The translations under genes and the position numbers were made by a program. This document shows, in pieces, positions 61,744 through 64,000 of a stretch of 64,000 nt of DNA. Source of the DNA: Octopus bimaculoides (taxonomy: Eukaryota); assembly GCF_001194135.2 (NCBI RefSeq), contig NC_068995.1:14228246-14292245 (forward strand). Reading direction: 5' to 3'. Position 1 is the first letter of the stretch. The number at the start of each line of letters is the position of its first letter. The notes beneath the pieces are model-generated. The model ran no database searches. It was not told the DNA's origin and saw nothing but the letters and a program-made list of their open reading frames with translations.

Positions 61744-61787
<44 letters not shown>

Positions 61788-61790
61788 CAT
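61440..61790 (+). repeat. Polypyrimidine (CT) tract with internal TTTTCACATTTGTCTCTC repeats
   Basis: Direct reading. Confidence 0.85.
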
Positions 61791-63244
61791 GATTTCCTGC
61801 TATAATTAGCCCAGCCTTTTCTGACAAACTGTTGACTTTTGTCATTGCTACTGCTGCCACTGTCAGCTGCTTTGGTTGTTGGGATGTTTGTGTGGGAAGG
61901 AGAAACAGTGTAGTGTGAAAATGTTGCTTTCAAAAACTCCACCTTCTTTTTTACTTTTTACATATTTTCTTTTAGGTATGGCAATAAAATAAATTCTAAA
62001 AAGCCATGCTAATGTATATAGTACAAGATAAATGGAATGACCTTACATGGAGAACCTCTTCTAAGAAATCAGCTTATGTAGTCCTCTCTATTATTTTTTC
62101 TCTTATTTTAATGCATTTAATAAACCCATTCAATTCTTTAATAGACTAAATATATGTAGTTCATGAGATTATTGTTCTCATATATTATTCAAACTATTGT
62201 GGTGTTTATATTATTCATCCACCCTTGCCATATTCTATAAAATAAATGCTTACATATTAAATTTGAAGTTGTTTAGTTAATATGGCATAGATTATAATTC
62301 ACCTTTATTATGTTTGTATTTTACTATCTCCCCCCCCCCCCCCGCCATTTATCCTTGAACTGTAAATATTTTGACTGCGAAGTAGTGCTACTGCTTTACA
62401 CAGATCTTATTGACTAAGTTTACATAATTTCACATTAAATTAATTAGATGGTTGATCAGCAAAGCTTCTGTGTAGGATCAGTCTTGAACATTTTTTAAAT
62501 AAATGATTCAGAGATGCCATCTACAAGGAAAAAAAAAAGATTATAAAAGAAAACAATAGCTAACACATTTAATGCAGGGAGTATTAAGTTAATTAGAAAT
62601 AATAATTATGTGGTCAGCAAAAGACAAGAACAAATCAATGACTAATATTTTTTTTTTTAGTTTTTTTTTGTTTTCTGTTCAAGTACAGGGAAACAATTTG
62701 AGATATGTTTGGGTATTATTCTGACCCAATCAGCTTGACATAGCCGTCAAACTATTCAATGAATTGTACATACAGGCATGTCTATGTAGTTAGTGTCACT
62801 ATGAGACTATATTGTTTCAATTCCATTGTATAGCATCTTGGGCAAACAGTTTCTACTGGCCTCGAATTCATCTGTTCCTTGTGACTGAAATTTGGTAGAT
62901 GGAAATGCTACAGAAATGCATTGTATTTGTGTTTTTGTATTTCTTCATATTGACACTGTTTGGGCAGCGGTGGCATTTGTCCCAAAATTAGATGATATTT
63001 TCTACACTTGCCCCATAAACAATAAAACTGAGGTTAGGGTGGAATCAGAAAGGGCATCTAGCTATAGAATACTCACAAAATTTCATCCAGATCATACCAG
63101 AATGGAAAAAAGTGAAAACCAGAAGTAAATTGATGACAATGAATATCTGCTGATGGATTACATATTTGAACCCACCATTAACATCTAGTGTATCTGGGCA
63201 TAGGGTTGTTGCTAGGGAGAGTGAGAGAAACAATGCAGAACAAT

Positions 63245-63385
63245 TCTGCATTAGTGGTTGGTGTTAAGAAGGGCTCTAGAAACCAAAATAGACTATAGAA
63301 CCTGGTGTGGCTCCTGGCCTTACCAGCTTCTATGAAACTGTCCGACCCATACCAGCATGGAAAATGAATGTCATATGCTGATGAT
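63245..63385 (+). mobile_element. Family C element
   Basis: GTGGTTGGTGTTAAGAAGGGC...CCCATACCAGCATGGAAAATG..GATGATG. Confidence 0.75.
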
Positions 63386-63744
63386 GTTTCCTTAGCAACA
63401 GCACTCTCTCTCTCTTTCTGAGATGAGATTGGTTGTTAGACTTGCCACTTCTCATGGCATTTCAATTTATCAAACTATTCTCTGACCAAGCACCGTTGTT
63501 GTTGTTGCTGCTGCTTTGTACAGGATCAGGTTTTATCTTTCAATGGTTGCTAGTTGTTGTATATAACTGGGCTGTGTATCCTGGAGACTAAATGAGATAC
63601 CATCTGCATAAGCTATAATTATGTTAGTGTTAACATATGTAATTCAAGACTATTAAAATGCAAACTAGAAATAGAGGAAAAGAAGAAAAACAATAACAAA
63701 ATTAACCATTGACTGATTTTAAATTTGACAAGCATGGGAGGTAA

Positions 63745-63785
63745 TTCCAAACACATTTCAGCATATTGTACCTCTTCAGTGAGGC
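63745..63785 (-). ncRNA. Decayed minimal hammerhead-like motif
   Basis: Minus strand: UCA-CUGAAGA-GGUA-caaua-UGCU-GAA-AUGUGU-U-UGG. AUGUGU is what ACGCGU becomes after two CpG transitions. Confidence 0.45.
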
Positions 63786-64000
63786 TTAAATGTCACTTCA
63801 TTTTTGTATCTGGTTAGCAAGATGCCTGATGTAATTATGTCTGTTGAAACAAATTTTGTGTCTAGGGAGTCTTAGTGCCTTGATATAACACACTCACCAG
63901 TTCAATTTCCATTTATCTATTTTATTTTATTCCAGAAAGCATTTTTGTCACTGTTTTTGTTAAAAAGGTATTGATGGGAGAATTTTTAATTGCACAATGA

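Overview
AT-rich (eukaryotic) animal genomic DNA, very dense in repeats, with nine N-gaps mostly flanked by (TA)n or (TC)n. The SINE families resemble those I know from octopus genomes, so Octopus is my inferred source; this is not verified. No long ORF encodes a recognisable host protein, and almost all listed ORFs are microsatellite, SINE or gap artefacts. The window contains dozens of copies of at least five short interspersed families (labelled A-E here) and decayed non-LTR retrotransposon fragments (L1/Tx1-like RT, R4/Dong-like, HERO-like, CR1/L2 3' ends). It also holds three MITEs with TA, TTAA-like or 8-bp target duplications, telomere-like composite arrays, a 15-bp higher-order minisatellite and one Illumina adapter remnant. 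Several small + strand exon candidates are speculative. The most interesting signal is five dispersed minimal type I hammerhead ribozyme-like motifs (CUGANGA...GAAAC-palindrome-UH, as in Penelope-like elements and retrozymes). One is nearly intact (29606-29662, - strand) and three are mutually homologous members of one family (32491, 38558, 58666). All alignments, folds and identities were done by eye.
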